From positions 43,690 through 107,689 of the IMG/VR virus record IMGVR_UViG_3300002092_001237: a DNA stretch of 64,000 nt; one strand, 5' to 3'. Made by a program: the position numbers and the translations under genes. Each line of letters starts with the position of its first letter. The stretch's first letter is position 1. This DNA is from a virus. Below, one piece after another: positions 19,401 to 28,105 of the stretch. The notes beneath the pieces were generated by a model. The model did no database searches. It was given only the letters and a program-made list of their open reading frames with translations, and was not told the origin of the DNA.

Positions 19401-22318
19401 GCAGTTTCTAGCACTATACTAGTATTTGCGCTACTGTAAGCATCACCTAATTGTAGAACTGCTGTTCCAGTTGAATCAGTGAATGACACGATCTTATCGA
19501 TCCTATATCGTAGCCCATTTACATAGAAAGCAGTTGGCGTACCTGGAACTCTATTAACTTTACCATTTAGTGGTCTAGCCTGTTTGAAAGTTAATCCTGA
19601 TACTGTTATCTGTGTTACTGGAGTTCCCTGTGTTAAAGCAGTAGTTATGGTTACTGGTATTCTGCCACTATAACCATCGACTAATGCACCGCCACGGAAC
19701 GCTTTGGCGTTAACGGATGCAGAAATACTTGAACAGTTTTGTATGTATGGCGACTTAGTTAATATCTGTCCTTCCGGATCTAATACTGTTGCGAATCCAC
19801 CATGTCCTTGTATAGTAAAATCTTTTAACCCCGTTGCATCGTTCATTAGGAACATATCAATGTCTTTGTTGTTCCTCGGCGGGTTGAATGTAGCACTGTT
19901 TGATAACGAATAAGAAACTATATCAACTAACGCATTCGCAACAGTTACACCATCGGGGACAGTTGGTAGATTTGATTCTGCTATATATGCTACTGCACTA
20001 TTTTGTGAGACACTATCGGTATTCAATTTAAAAGGAGTAGTAGTATATGTATCTAAAATCGTATGTGATAAAATATTAGGTATGAGTTGTTTTAAGTAAT
20101 CAAGCCCTGCCTTACAGACGGTTCTGTAACCACTTGAGTTAGTATACACAGTAGTGTTATAGAATCTGTAAGCAGCATTAACTACACCAGCAGTATCACC
20201 TTTAATCAAATCATCGCAGATAGCACTTATGACTAATCCAACATCTCTCTGTGATTTAGTTTTATCAAACGTATTGCTGAGACTATTTGTTGCCGCATAG
20301 TTTAGCATATATTGATAGACTTCTGCTTGCATAAATGCACTGTTTAATGATAGCATCGTAGATGTGTTATTATATCCTCCAGCATTAATGTTAGAATATA
20401 TAGTCTGACTGTTAACTGTTATATTGCTCGGGTTACTAATGGTCCAGCTGAGTCCAGATCCACTGGTAATCTTGATGGGACTGCTTATTCCTGATCCTGA
20501 TAATACTTGACCAACTGTAATCGTTCCAGTAACTGTTCCAGTAGCAACGGTTAATGTTCCCCCGCTTATGCTACCTGAGAATACAGCATATCCAGGACCG
20601 ATGTCTAGAGGTTTAGTTGGATCTGCTAGATAATAATATCCATATCCCGTAGTAGCGACGATAGGAGCAGCGACACTAACTGATACGTTGTATGGATTGT
20701 TAAGAACCCAACTAGATCCGCTACCCGAAGCGATACTGACTGATGCTGTTATATTACCGTTAGCTCCTGTTAAAAATTGGCCTGCTGCGATAGTTCCTGT
20801 TATTGCGCTAGTTACTGTTAATACGGATCCAACTATAGTTCCACTGAATGTAGCATTTCCGATAGCTGTATTATTTGTAGTCAATCCGTCGATCACAGGA
20901 TCACGATAGAAGTACATAGACCTCCACGGACTTGCGCTAGCTGCATCCTTTGGACGTATGATAGTTCTACGCATTTCAGATCCAATGATACTGACATTTT
21001 TAGGAACACGGATTGGCAGATGTTCTTCGTATATTCCACTCTCTAGATAAATGGCGACCTGTATCTTCGGAGTCGCCTGATCGAAATAGAGATTTTCCCC
21101 AGTTTGGAAAGTACCAATAGTGCCTTGTATATCGATAAGATCGTAACCGCTTACTACGCCCCAGTACTTATTGATCGTACCAACTGCTCCCGACGACCCA
21201 CCTACGATTAATTTATTAGTAGTCAAATCTAGATTGCTTGGGTTACCTTGGTCGACGGTATTAGTTCCGTTTAAATTGGTTATCTGTAGACGAGTAACAG
21301 TAACACCGTCGTTTGTTGCAGTACCTACTGTGTAAACCGTACTAAGACTCGCACCAGCATTGACAGTGATTGGTTGCTTATAGTTTCCTGGTTCGATCGA
21401 TGAAGCATAAACTATATCTTCGGCATATTTACAAGCTTCACTAACGGATGAGAACGCATAAGCTAGAGCACGACCAACCCTATCAGTAGGTACGCTACTA
21501 TATCTCATCTGTGCTGTTGTTCTACCATTGGTGCTAACAAATAGATCAACAGTGCTAGGGAATTCGCTTATATCTACATAGTTTTTAGTCGCAGCATGTA
21601 GATCAACGGTAGGGTTAGCGTTAAGAGTTAAGGGTCCGGTTAGTGTATCTCCGCCACGGTAAACTACGTCTTTCCTCTGCATAACTTCTGTCGATAGATA
21701 ATTGCTAGTTAGGGTAGCATCATATCCAGTTACACCGATTTGTGGTCCGGTCGGTTGTGACCTCGATGTTAATGCACCAGTCATAGTATCGCCATCTATA
21801 TTGAGATAGTGTCTATCTCCGTAGCCTTTGGTTATAACAAAACTATCGATACCGGCAGAGCCAGTTGGACCTTGGAAACTATTAGCAGCATTGATCGCAC
21901 TAGAACTATCTGGATCTAATATGTTACCGATACTGAATAATCCCTTACCGTCGAGAGAACCACCTAGACTAGGAGTGGAATCTTGAGATACCTTCGCGCC
22001 TTTATTGGTTAATATGATCTTAGTTGGGTCAGTAGTGTAATCAACACCTATACCTGTTTCTGAACTGCCGTATAATTCTTTGGCTAATATATATTTCCCC
22101 GTAGCATTAACGATGAACATACTATTCGGAACTAGTGCTTGATCTTGATTAGGATCGTAATCACTTAGAGAAGTAAAAGGTATACCGCCCGAGTTACCTT
22201 TGGTTATAAACGAATATAATTCATAGAAGTTTTCATTGACTTTATTAAATGAATCTCTGATAGCATCACCGGTTGCATCGTTACCCTCTACACCGATATT
22301 AATAATTTTCTGTGTCAT
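13463..22318 (-). CDS. giant (2951 aa) tail fibre / baseplate appendage protein
   Basis: gp9/gp10-like N-terminus NDATGDAIRDSFNKVNENF, Thr/Gly/Ser-rich beta repeats, C-terminal ARYADLAENY autoproteolytic chaperone-like domain. Confidence 0.75.
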   Translation of the reverse strand: MTQKIINIGVEGNDATGDAIRDSFNKVNENFYELYSFITKGNSGGIPFTSLSDYDPNQDQALVPNSMFIVNATGKYILAKELYGSSETGIGVDYTTDPTKIILTNKGAKVSQDSTPSLGGSLDGKGLFSIGNILDPDSSSAINAANSFQGPTGSAGIDSFVITKGYGDRHYLNIDGDTMTGALTSRSQPTGPQIGVTGYDATLTSNYLSTEVMQRKDVVYRGGDTLTGPLTLNANPTVDLHAATKNYVDISEFPSTVDLFVSTNGRTTAQMRYSSVPTDRVGRALAYAFSSVSEACKYAEDIVYASSIEPGNYKQPITVNAGASLSTVYTVGTATNDGVTVTRLQITNLNGTNTVDQGNPSNLDLTTNKLIVGGSSGAVGTINKYWGVVSGYDLIDIQGTIGTFQTGENLYFDQATPKIQVAIYLESGIYEEHLPIRVPKNVSIIGSEMRRTIIRPKDAASASPWRSMYFYRDPVIDGLTTNNTAIGNATFSGTIVGSVLTVTSAITGTIAAGQFLTGANGNITASVSIASGSGSSWVLNNPYNVSVSVAAPIVATTGYGYYYLADPTKPLDIGPGYAVFSGSISGGTLTVATGTVTGTITVGQVLSGSGISSPIKITSGSGLSWTISNPSNITVNSQTIYSNINAGGYNNTSTMLSLNSAFMQAEVYQYMLNYAATNSLSNTFDKTKSQRDVGLVISAICDDLIKGDTAGVVNAAYRFYNTTVYTNSSGYRTVCKAGLDYLKQLIPNILSHTILDTYTTTPFKLNTDSVSQNSAVAYIAESNLPTVPDGVTVANALVDIVSYSLSNSATFNPPRNNKDIDMFLMNDATGLKDFTIQGHGGFATVLDPEGQILTKSPYIQNCSSISASVNAKAFRGGALVDGYSGRIPVTITTALTQGTPVTQITVSGLTFKQARPLNGKVNRVPGTPTAFYVNGLRYRIDKIVSFTDSTGTAVLQLGDAYSSANTSIVLETAGNKSMLATHFTQVNDIAYGIMVTNNALMELVSVFTYYCHTAYYSINGGQIRAVSGSNSNGFFGLKAEGSDPGEVPRYVTLADNLTQYARIYKKGSVYNGASYNAASGSLMTIVGYDYVPYSITEIQVYHPVAGKTTYTINNITPVVNSASISMIAKGGAGVGSITCTTQHGFSTSPNGGTPQVTNVTGSSGSYTITLVSAVNNFTSPTVVAPNYNIYQGQIVAGTNIGLTTSFTGTIASGTLTTLTTTGYQTLVPGQLINNGLLLTGSGVTYNIRVVAVATPGATFTGSISGTTLTIQSVTSGTVAVGQTLSGTGITGIVSISSGSALSWVIKNPNNISVTGIVITSSGNSWTVTNPNNLTFTSATLTAQLFPTVVSVKENTVTLSAPNSGAVSGTVTFYDTVTISGVPSSVTLSNGLPANSADFNGTFPVLNSGPSYSGTSGTGVALASPGLAVTSFTGTIAAATPTLLTVTGNPTYGAIAPGMVLIWTGGTNAAYTDNVIVNSLASTTSTGGVTTTTWNITNNSSKNSVTAVTMTGNTIGTTGQSSFQITTTAGTAYTAIPLASISGNSNLNKIYYIANLGSVVLTSAQWWSIGVSTGVATPAIGTSFIYNGISTTGLGTGVTVYESPLQVGQTVTFSTTPNPITSTATTYVSSILVSSGPNLTPLTMNSPTFTTTTAVVTISTNLVNPVTATGTFTFGVPTAGTIFGIPASIGIISGATLSTPATATLNTKIAKISLGTGIDGASTKFTENMNDGDFVVLRTTEIFKFYGNFVGLTSRPSTALDFTYDGISNNYRTVALSSNYYNNSRNPGDAGYGTTEALNENPTLVCTFSGYISGFTLNVVGSPSYGSLSAGLILSGTGINGSVITVSSTNASTWVITNSNNVSVGNVSVPVTINAYQGGTSLITIDSNYSYVTATVTNTAAIGGATTIRINELTDIDKSRIVGMEFGWVDQNVTPKGYTRTITAYTATSPGSYATLTLNSALPTNTIIPTGVSISAGIKSYGSSTISSSISGTGAVNTIVMASNSTFSYNGTYTRYVRIDSEIFSFTGISSTTTLTGVNRAQLGTVAAVHSTNAVVQEISGLLTANISTNRVTSHDFLNIGTGGYNTSNYPNSINGVPYEAKVDNNNAVDSVGSNTKAEVQEKNRGRVFFAATNQDGFFRVGRFFTVDQGTGTVSFSASIVLSGLTGLGFKSGVFITQFLNDATMPDIGDAVPTMSSVREYVNRRLGVDLNGTVSTSPIGSGFLPLQPGAGVTMKGTLDMGTNKIANVVAPSSGTDAANKSYVDQFLKLTGGTRYEIDLFVMGSTSQIAIATFARTGTTATIVTSQPNALSVGSIITISGLTDTSFNTTTTVTGIVSLSSFTYTTVSSTTVTSTPGGAGVVTVPDSIGMNSNKITNVGTPTDTADASTKGYVDTKANVAQLGDVLYTTPTGPTGSDMMVYSGTKWVNTRTAGDVVGALSATGPTGNILTYTIQSGAVVDSKVSATAAIDHTKLSIDNANASYGETITITGISGNGTTVTVTFSSPLQLDGLTPITGYTFPVGSRIVIAGVTGITGYNGTYIVSGATTNSAGSSTITYSSIISGVATLTTATIRSLRGAVSLDANQFTVSTGFASIKSNSLKLDRLLAISGNTVVGNSTAGAATPTAINFTAVVDGALAAAYSIPNSSVGTGVLTRLGSGQFGTITYSSTVISAQNLVSRDSSGNSTFGTVTAGAITSGGSITAGSITSGGSITAGSITSGGSITAGNLRISSIFGTTPAGVDAGEVFTWANSTINSNFTFSGGDNRVLSIGLNSNNHAYIRNYKGIDINSCDLYTLNILPLANATYNLGSSGLNWNLIYGTATQARYADLAENYVADQKYEPGTVLMIGGEQEVTLAKGQGTTKVAGVISEHPAHLMNSALEAEFVATVALQGRVPCKVIGKVSKGDMMVVSMVPGVAMASEDPRAGSIIGKALADYDGDRVSVIEVLVGKH
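14144..14253. repeat. 33-bp tandem repeat, about 3.3 copies (GSITSGGSITA)
   Basis: acctgctgttatactaccaccagaagttataga starting at 14144, 14177, 14210. Confidence 0.9.
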
Positions 22319-22330
22319 TTCTTCTCCAAA

Positions 22331-22657
22331 TTAAAACGCAAAACTAGTACCGCAGCCGCAACTTGATTTTGCGTTTGGGTTTTCGAAAACAAAACTGCTT
22401 CCAAATATCTCTCTCTTATAATCCAACTGTGTACCAAGCACAAACATTAAGCTCATACCATCTACTATAAATTTCTTTGAATTTACGTCAATTATTTCGT
22501 CATCATCGAGTAATTCTTCTTCGCTATCGATGAAGCTCCAATCATAACTAAATCCGGCACAGCCTCCGCCTTTAACGGCGAGCTTGACACCCCATTTATC
22601 ATTTGATTCACATAGTTGCTGGATCTGTTGGCTAGCTGACTCTGTTATAGATATCAT
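22331..22657 (-). CDS. iscA: A-type Fe-S cluster carrier (IscA/ErpA/HesB)
   Basis: GGGCAGFSY..NPNAKSSCGCGTSF. Confidence 0.93.
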   Translation of the reverse strand: MISITESASQQIQQLCESNDKWGVKLAVKGGGCAGFSYDWSFIDSEEELLDDDEIIDVNSKKFIVDGMSLMFVLGTQLDYKREIFGSSFVFENPNAKSSCGCGTSFAF

Positions 22658-22766
22658 TGTTTAATTCTCGTTTTCTGTGTTATAGATATTTATTCTGCGG
22701 ACTAAGAAAGAATTTTTATTCTATACCATATTTACCATAAATAAATCTACCATAAGGAGATATAAA

Positions 22767-23036
22767 ATGTTTAATTGGTTAAAGAATCTTTTTGGCAATA
22801 AGGCTAAAGAAGAAGTCACTAAGGTAGAAGTAGCAGTTGAAAAGGCTGCTGAAGCTGCGGTTGCCGAAGTTAAAGCTGAGGTAGCAGTCGTTGAAGCCAA
22901 GGTTGAAAAGGCTGTTAAGACTGTAGCAGCAAAGGCTAAAAAGAATGTGACTAAGGCTGTTGCTAAAGTCGAAGAAAAAGTAGTCAAGACTGTTGCTAAA
23001 AAGGCAGCAGGTCGTCCTAAGAAGACTGCTGAATAA
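22767..23036 (+). CDS. Ala/Lys/Val-rich low-complexity small protein
   Basis: SD AAGGAG, ATAAATA motif upstream, basic tail KKAAGRPKK. Confidence 0.7.
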   Translation: MFNWLKNLFGNKAKEEVTKVEVAVEKAAEAAVAEVKAEVAVVEAKVEKAVKTVAAKAKKNVTKAVAKVEEKVVKTVAKKAAGRPKKTAE

Positions 23037-24045
23037 GTTCTTCCCGTAATGCGAAACTAGCAAGGTTCTTTGCCTTGCTTTCGCACATGATATCGAAATT
23101 GTCTAAGAAACTGAGAGCCCACTGATTAACTGCTGTATTCCAGTAATAGTCAGAATGGGCTCGAAGTTTCTGTTTCTTACGTCCGCTTTCTAACAGCATA
23201 CCCATATTGGGCATTACATCACGTTCATGAGTATCCAAGTAATCTTCGCGGCTAACAGAATAATGAAGAGTAGGCCGAACGTCACGCCAGCTCTCACTAA
23301 CCATCTGTACACGGTCATCGCCGGGGGAAATATACTCACCCTCACGGACCCAATGATGGTGGATATCAAGTACAATAGGCAGGAGATCCCTGAGCATAAG
23401 GCAATCATTAAGTCCATGGGCATTCTCCTCGTTCTCGATAGTTATCGTATTACGTGCCTCGGGTGAAAGTTTCTTATAAGCAGCACGTATGCCTTCGTGT
23501 CCTAACCGACCTGCGATATGTACATTACATTTAAAGTCTTGGAACTTTACGCCGTAGCCCATCCAACGGATCATGTCCACATGATATTCAAATTCTGCTA
23601 TACTGCGTTCCACAACATCTGGGCGATCACTGGCCAAGACAGTGAACTGGCCAGGATGAAAACTAAGGCGTACATCGTTGCGACGTGCCACATCACCGAT
23701 CTTGCTGAAGGCTTTTTCACAGAAATTCTTGACAGTGCTATCGCTGTAGAAATAGCCAAAATTAGGCTCTGTATAGACAGGCAAAACGTCGCTGCCAATA
23801 CGCACCATTCGAAGAGACTCATCTAACGCTCCTACACGTTCTACTAGATTCTGTACGGCTCGTATGTTATGGGTCATTAAGTCCCACAACTTTTGTTCTG
23901 CTACTTCACGTGTCTGGCGTCTAAGCCAAGCCACTGTAGTAGTGCTGTTGTTAAGTTCGGGTACTGCGACAACACCCTTGGGTGATGTCTCAGACCATTT
24001 ACATGCGAAGCCTATGCGTTTAATCATGTTATTAGTATACGACAC
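23017..24045 (-). CDS. uvsE: UV damage endonuclease UvsE
   Basis: RIGFAC, RLSFHPGQF, IENEE, LDIHHH, HYS, RAHSD. Confidence 0.92.
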   Translation of the reverse strand: MSYTNNMIKRIGFACKWSETSPKGVVAVPELNNSTTTVAWLRRQTREVAEQKLWDLMTHNIRAVQNLVERVGALDESLRMVRIGSDVLPVYTEPNFGYFYSDSTVKNFCEKAFSKIGDVARRNDVRLSFHPGQFTVLASDRPDVVERSIAEFEYHVDMIRWMGYGVKFQDFKCNVHIAGRLGHEGIRAAYKKLSPEARNTITIENEENAHGLNDCLMLRDLLPIVLDIHHHWVREGEYISPGDDRVQMVSESWRDVRPTLHYSVSREDYLDTHERDVMPNMGMLLESGRKKQKLRAHSDYYWNTAVNQWALSFLDNFDIMCESKAKNLASFALREELIQQSS

Positions 24046-24741
24046 TTAACGCCAGTTGTCAACTATGATAGGGTCCTTAACTTCGTGTGGATTTGGTGTA
24101 CCGTGGAAAGCCAGTACCGAAGTAGTAGGATCTAATTCTACATTCCGTATGCTATTGAAATTATATCGTCCATTTATACGTGCTAACTCAGATCTTTCTC
24201 GGGCTTCCCATTTGTAACTAATAATCCATCTATCTGGATAGAATTTTATTTTGTTTTTATACAAAGACCAAATCCAATCTTGATCTCCTGGCATGCTTCT
24301 AATAATCCCAGGATTATTACCTATACCTTCCCATATTTCTGAATGAAATCCTGCTTCCCAACGCATAATAGCACTACATAATTTTTCAGCATTTTTCCAT
24401 ATACGACTAAAATCATGTAACCCTACAAACTGTCCAGGTTGATACGAAATTAGACTGTTAATATTCCCAATGATAACCATATCGAGGTCGAAAAACAGGT
24501 TAGTATCTCCTTGTGGGAAATGATCTGCTTTAAACATGTAGGGTTTCCACCACCATCCGTGTATCTCAGCTCTACGGGGTAGTATTCTAATCTCAATTTT
24601 TGGATCTATTCCGTCAGGCCTATCTGTAAAGCAGACAAATCGATGAGGCACTGTTAGGTGCCTCTCGATCATGTTATAGAGATTATTAACATAAATGGCT
24701 TCGTATTTGGACCCATGTTTTAAACAGATAACATTAAGCAA
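24046..24741 (-). CDS. putative glycosyltransferase (GT-A fold)
   Basis: ICLKHGSKY..YVNNL..FVCFTD..GWWWK..FFDLD..GDQDW..FHGTPNP; probable TTG start at 24741 after a GGAG SD. Confidence 0.7.
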   Translation of the reverse strand: MLNVICLKHGSKYEAIYVNNLYNMIERHLTVPHRFVCFTDRPDGIDPKIEIRILPRRAEIHGWWWKPYMFKADHFPQGDTNLFFDLDMVIIGNINSLISYQPGQFVGLHDFSRIWKNAEKLCSAIMRWEAGFHSEIWEGIGNNPGIIRSMPGDQDWIWSLYKNKIKFYPDRWIISYKWEARERSELARINGRYNFNSIRNVELDPTTSVLAFHGTPNPHEVKDPIIVDNWR

Positions 24742-25231
24742 GGAGATCCTCTCCCCAACATCTGTGACCCTCTCTAAAAGCCATGTTTGCTTGTGTCTCA
24801 CGTACTTCTACTCTGTAGCACCATAAACGTGCTGCTTCGCCTGGGCCCCACATGTCTGGGATGTACACTGTGTTGATGTACTTGTACAGCATGTCTGCTA
24901 GGCTTTCGCAACCTAAATTGGGTAGAATAGTTAGTTTCATAATACCACGTTGTTCTGCTTCTTTATACCAGTCCAAGTGAGGATCTGATTCTGCTACTAA
25001 GGTGGTGTGGTCAAATTGACTCTCTAGGATCTTCTTAAGTTCTTTAAGTCCGCCGTAGTCTGCTGCCCAGTTACGCACATCTAGATCGTTGGTTCCGAAA
25101 TAGAACTTCATGCTGAAGCTGTAACCGTGGATCATATTACAATGGCTGTCTGCTCGCCACTGTCGGTATGCACACGGAAACGAATCGATGTATTCTTTAG
25201 TACTCGTATATTTGTATGTAATCGGTGTCAT
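24734..25231 (-). CDS. queD: 6-pyruvoyl/6-carboxy-tetrahydropterin synthase (QueD-like)
   Basis: C..IHGYS..DYGGLK..FDHT..GCESLA..VEVRET. Confidence 0.85.
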   Translation of the reverse strand: MTPITYKYTSTKEYIDSFPCAYRQWRADSHCNMIHGYSFSMKFYFGTNDLDVRNWAADYGGLKELKKILESQFDHTTLVAESDPHLDWYKEAEQRGIMKLTILPNLGCESLADMLYKYINTVYIPDMWGPGEAARLWCYRVEVRETQANMAFREGHRCWGEDLLA

Positions 25232-25305
25232 GCTCTTCTCCTATGTTTAATATAGCATAGGCTGCAGAATTTGTAAAGCGGGATGAAGCCATAAGCGCCG
25301 CTATT
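25232..25305 (-). promoter_or_regulatory. riboswitch-like pseudoknot and anti-SD hairpin in queD 5' UTR
   Basis: AGCGG/CCGCT stem, loop GGCT complementary to downstream AGCC, competing CCTATG/CATAGG hairpin over the SD. Confidence 0.5.
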
Positions 25306-25306
25306 T

Positions 25307-25660
25307 TTACTTATCACGTCCAACTAAGTCCACAACATCTTTTCGAACTTCTTTGATTTCTTTGATAACATCAACTAACCCCTTGCTAGATTTTTCTAGG
25401 ACATATGCGAGAACCGCGATCGTATATATCGCCCAGAACCACCATACTATGAAAACTATTACACCCATTCCTATAATAGAATCTATCAGCAGTTCCCAAT
25501 GTCGGAAACCGTGTAGGTATAAGACTATTACGATGATAGTTAATATCGCGGGGCTAACTTTAGCAAACTTGTCCCAGAGGGAAACTTGCCAGATGATGTA
25601 ATTAGGAGTGGCTTTGTCGGCCACCCCTGGGGGATTTTCATTCGTGTTGGGCATGACCAT
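25307..25660 (-). CDS. 2-TM membrane protein
   Basis: Two hydrophobic helices and a coiled C-terminus. Confidence 0.65.
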   Translation of the reverse strand: MVMPNTNENPPGVADKATPNYIIWQVSLWDKFAKVSPAILTIIVIVLYLHGFRHWELLIDSIIGMGVIVFIVWWFWAIYTIAVLAYVLEKSSKGLVDVIKEIKEVRKDVVDLVGRDK

Positions 25661-25682
25661 AATATTTATCAGTCAAAACACT

Positions 25683-26927
25683 TCAATTATACGATTTTAA
25701 CAGTAGCATGTCTGTGTTAATGCGTCCGTTGAGTTTAGTTTCGACGCTGTTGATGCTTTCGTAGAGTTTACGCATCTTAGTCTTAGGCAGGCTCTTAACA
25801 TCACGTAAGAACTCCTCAGGCTTGCGTACGGTCTTTGCTACGCTCTTAGCCTCATCAAAGTTAACGATAGTCGTGCCTTTGATGCTAAGTGATGCTAGAT
25901 CAGTTGCTACATAGCAGCCTAGTTTGCGTGTCTTTGAGTTGAATACCCAAAGTTCCAAACTCTGTAGAGCATCCTCTGGTTTGATACTGACTAACTTGTA
26001 GCGATCGTCGGTGGCCTTGAACTTGATCTTAGCGACCAACTTCTCTTTGCTAGGTGCCTTCTTTGCACGTACCTTACGTGCTACTTTAGCGGTCTGTAGC
26101 AGCATATCACAGGCAGCAACGACCTCAGTCAGTGCCGCTAACATATTGCGCTGTTGACCCTTAGTGTAAGTCTTATAGCCCTCGATCAACTGCTCGTCTT
26201 TGGTCTTACCTGGATTAACTAATTGGTCGTATTCTGCTTTACGTTCTGCGTAGGATTCACGGATCACACGAGCATGTGCTTGGTTCGCTTCCTTACCTTT
26301 GAAGTGTGCGATTACGTTAAAGCCCTTAGGATCAAACTTCTCTGGATCGGTAATAAAGCCTTCTAACCAAGTATCGATATCTTCTGCGATAACATGTGCG
26401 CTAGCACGGATACGATCCTGGATAGTGGGCTGTACCGTTCCACTTGTACGTTTCTCGTCATTCTTTTTAGATTCGATAAGAGTTTTACCTTTAGCAACCA
26501 GTTCGCCGATCTTTTCACGCAGCCATTCTGCGTTGTCACGATCTTCGCTCTGTGTATGCTTAGTTGGCATACCACGCAACAGCATAGTAGCAAGCGAACC
26601 CATCGTGCTAGTGGTCATCCAGTCTGGGCATTCCTTAAAACTACGGATGTCTTCTTTAGCATAACCGTTTGTTTCCATCCATTTGATCACATTTGGAATC
26701 AAATCACGCGGAGCGTTATGATAGTTGTAGTAGTAGAACCCACGATGCTGTTCTTTGCGGAAACGTTCAACGCTCCACTTTTCCCAACTGTCCCATACTG
26801 GTTCTGCGCCTGTATATTTCTCATCAAGGATCATTGGTTTACGAGCAGTTGTTGGCTTCTTAACCCGCGGAGCAAGACTGATCTTGCCTGTGCCTTTTGC
26901 TTTGGATTTAGTTGCTGACTTAGCCAT
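25683..26927 (-). CDS. hypothetical basic early protein
   Basis: SD AAGGAG before MAKSA; TTGACA-N16-TATAAT at 26953-26980. Confidence 0.75.
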   Translation of the reverse strand: MAKSATKSKAKGTGKISLAPRVKKPTTARKPMILDEKYTGAEPVWDSWEKWSVERFRKEQHRGFYYYNYHNAPRDLIPNVIKWMETNGYAKEDIRSFKECPDWMTTSTMGSLATMLLRGMPTKHTQSEDRDNAEWLREKIGELVAKGKTLIESKKNDEKRTSGTVQPTIQDRIRASAHVIAEDIDTWLEGFITDPEKFDPKGFNVIAHFKGKEANQAHARVIRESYAERKAEYDQLVNPGKTKDEQLIEGYKTYTKGQQRNMLAALTEVVAACDMLLQTAKVARKVRAKKAPSKEKLVAKIKFKATDDRYKLVSIKPEDALQSLELWVFNSKTRKLGCYVATDLASLSIKGTTIVNFDEAKSVAKTVRKPEEFLRDVKSLPKTKMRKLYESINSVETKLNGRINTDMLLLKSYN

Positions 26928-27007
26928 CGTGTTCTCCTTTGTTAATATAATCATTATATAGCATCTGCGGAGTTTGTCAAGTGAATTAGATGCGTGAAAT
27001 TTTGAGA

Positions 27008-27035
27008 CAAAAAAGGGCGGATAAAACCGCCCTCT
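27008..27035 (-). terminator. intrinsic terminator
   Basis: AGGGCGG/CCGCCCT hairpin plus T-run. Confidence 0.75.
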
Positions 27036-27043
27036 ATTCTTGA

Positions 27044-27250
27044 TTACTTTGCCTTCTTCTTGGCTGGTGCTTTTTTAGCAGGAGCCTTCTTCTTGTGTAC
27101 CTTATAAGTCTTACACTGTTCCTTGCCGTTCACTGTCTTACAGACCTGGCGAGTTGGACGGGGTTCTGGAGTTGGAACAGCAGATGGAGCAGCGAGTGCG
27201 GAACCGGCAGTAAATGCGAGTAAAGTAGCGATGAGTGCGAGTTTCTTCAT
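27044..27250 (-). CDS. small secreted protein with Cys pair and Lys/Ala-rich tail
   Basis: Signal peptide MKKLALIATLLAFTAGSALA; true start 27250 because the longer ORF overlaps tRNA-Val. Confidence 0.7.
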   Translation of the reverse strand: MKKLALIATLLAFTAGSALAAPSAVPTPEPRPTRQVCKTVNGKEQCKTYKVHKKKAPAKKAPAKKKAK

Positions 27251-27273
27251 TTTAGTCTTTCCTGTAAAAGTTG

Positions 27274-27348
27274 TGGTGGGCGGTGAGGGTTTCGAACCCC
27301 CGACCCTCTGGATGTAAACCAGATGCTCTACCGCTGAGCTAACCGCCC
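27274..27348 (-). tRNA. tRNA-Val(TAC)
   Basis: Cloverleaf, CCA encoded. Confidence 0.93.
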
Positions 27349-27388
27349 ATGATCTTATATTACTATATATGTTGATCGTTGTCAACAT

Positions 27389-27425
27389 AAAAAAAGCAGT
27401 AGTGTCTCCACTACTGCTCTTTTAT
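27389..27425. terminator. bidirectional intrinsic terminator
   Basis: AGCAGTAGTG/CACTACTGCT hairpin flanked by A and T runs. Confidence 0.75.
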
Positions 27426-27442
27426 TTCAGTCTAACTTGAAA

Positions 27443-27997
27443 TTAGAACTTGTAGTTTAGACCGATTGTGACAATGTTATTGTCCTTAATCTTCGTACTA
27501 TCGGACCAAGTATTGACAAAGCGATAACGTGCATCTGCTTCCCAATTCTTAGCAATAGCGTATTTCACACCGCCACCTACGTTGTAGATGGTCTTGTTAC
27601 CGTCGCGAACGCCATCACGGAAATCGTGATTCTGAACGCCAACCCCTGCTAGTGCATATGGAGTGAAACCATAGAATGCACCAAATGGGCTAACAACACC
27701 ATTGGCAGTTACGCGAGTCTGGTTCGCTGAGGAACCCTTCTTGAACTGATTATCCACTGCGATTTCTGTAGCGAATAATGGGTTCCACTTGTAGCCAACT
27801 ACGCCACCCACAGAGGATGGATTGTCAGTTACGTTGCGGTCCATCTTTACTGCACCACCGGCATTAACACCGACGTACCAGCTCTCAGGAGCAGTTACGG
27901 CAGGAGCAGCAGGTGTAGCCTTCTTTTCTGGAAGATTCGCTGCAGATGCAACGGAAGCTGTCAAGATAAGAGCGACTGCTGTGATAATATTTTTCAT
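27443..27997 (-). CDS. outer-membrane beta-barrel protein (Omp25/RopB/OmpA-like)
   Basis: Signal peptide, AANLP.KK..PA..WYVGVNAGG, amphipathic strands, C-terminal GLNYKF. Confidence 0.85.
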   Translation of the reverse strand: MKNIITAVALILTASVASAANLPEKKATPAAPAVTAPESWYVGVNAGGAVKMDRNVTDNPSSVGGVVGYKWNPLFATEIAVDNQFKKGSSANQTRVTANGVVSPFGAFYGFTPYALAGVGVQNHDFRDGVRDGNKTIYNVGGGVKYAIAKNWEADARYRFVNTWSDSTKIKDNNIVTIGLNYKF

Positions 27998-28105
27998 TGT
28001 TTTTTCCTTTTGTTTAGAATAGTAATTATACACTTAAGACTTGTTGGATTACGAGTCTTGAGTTTCGACTACCCCGTTCATTCTTTTTTACAGAACCAAC
28101 GAGTA

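Noticed and set aside
13533-20909. Many plus-strand ORFs inside the 2951-aa gene, and similar ones inside dnaK, nrdA and others
   Set aside because: Antisense shadows of strongly biased coding sequence, with no SD or motifs
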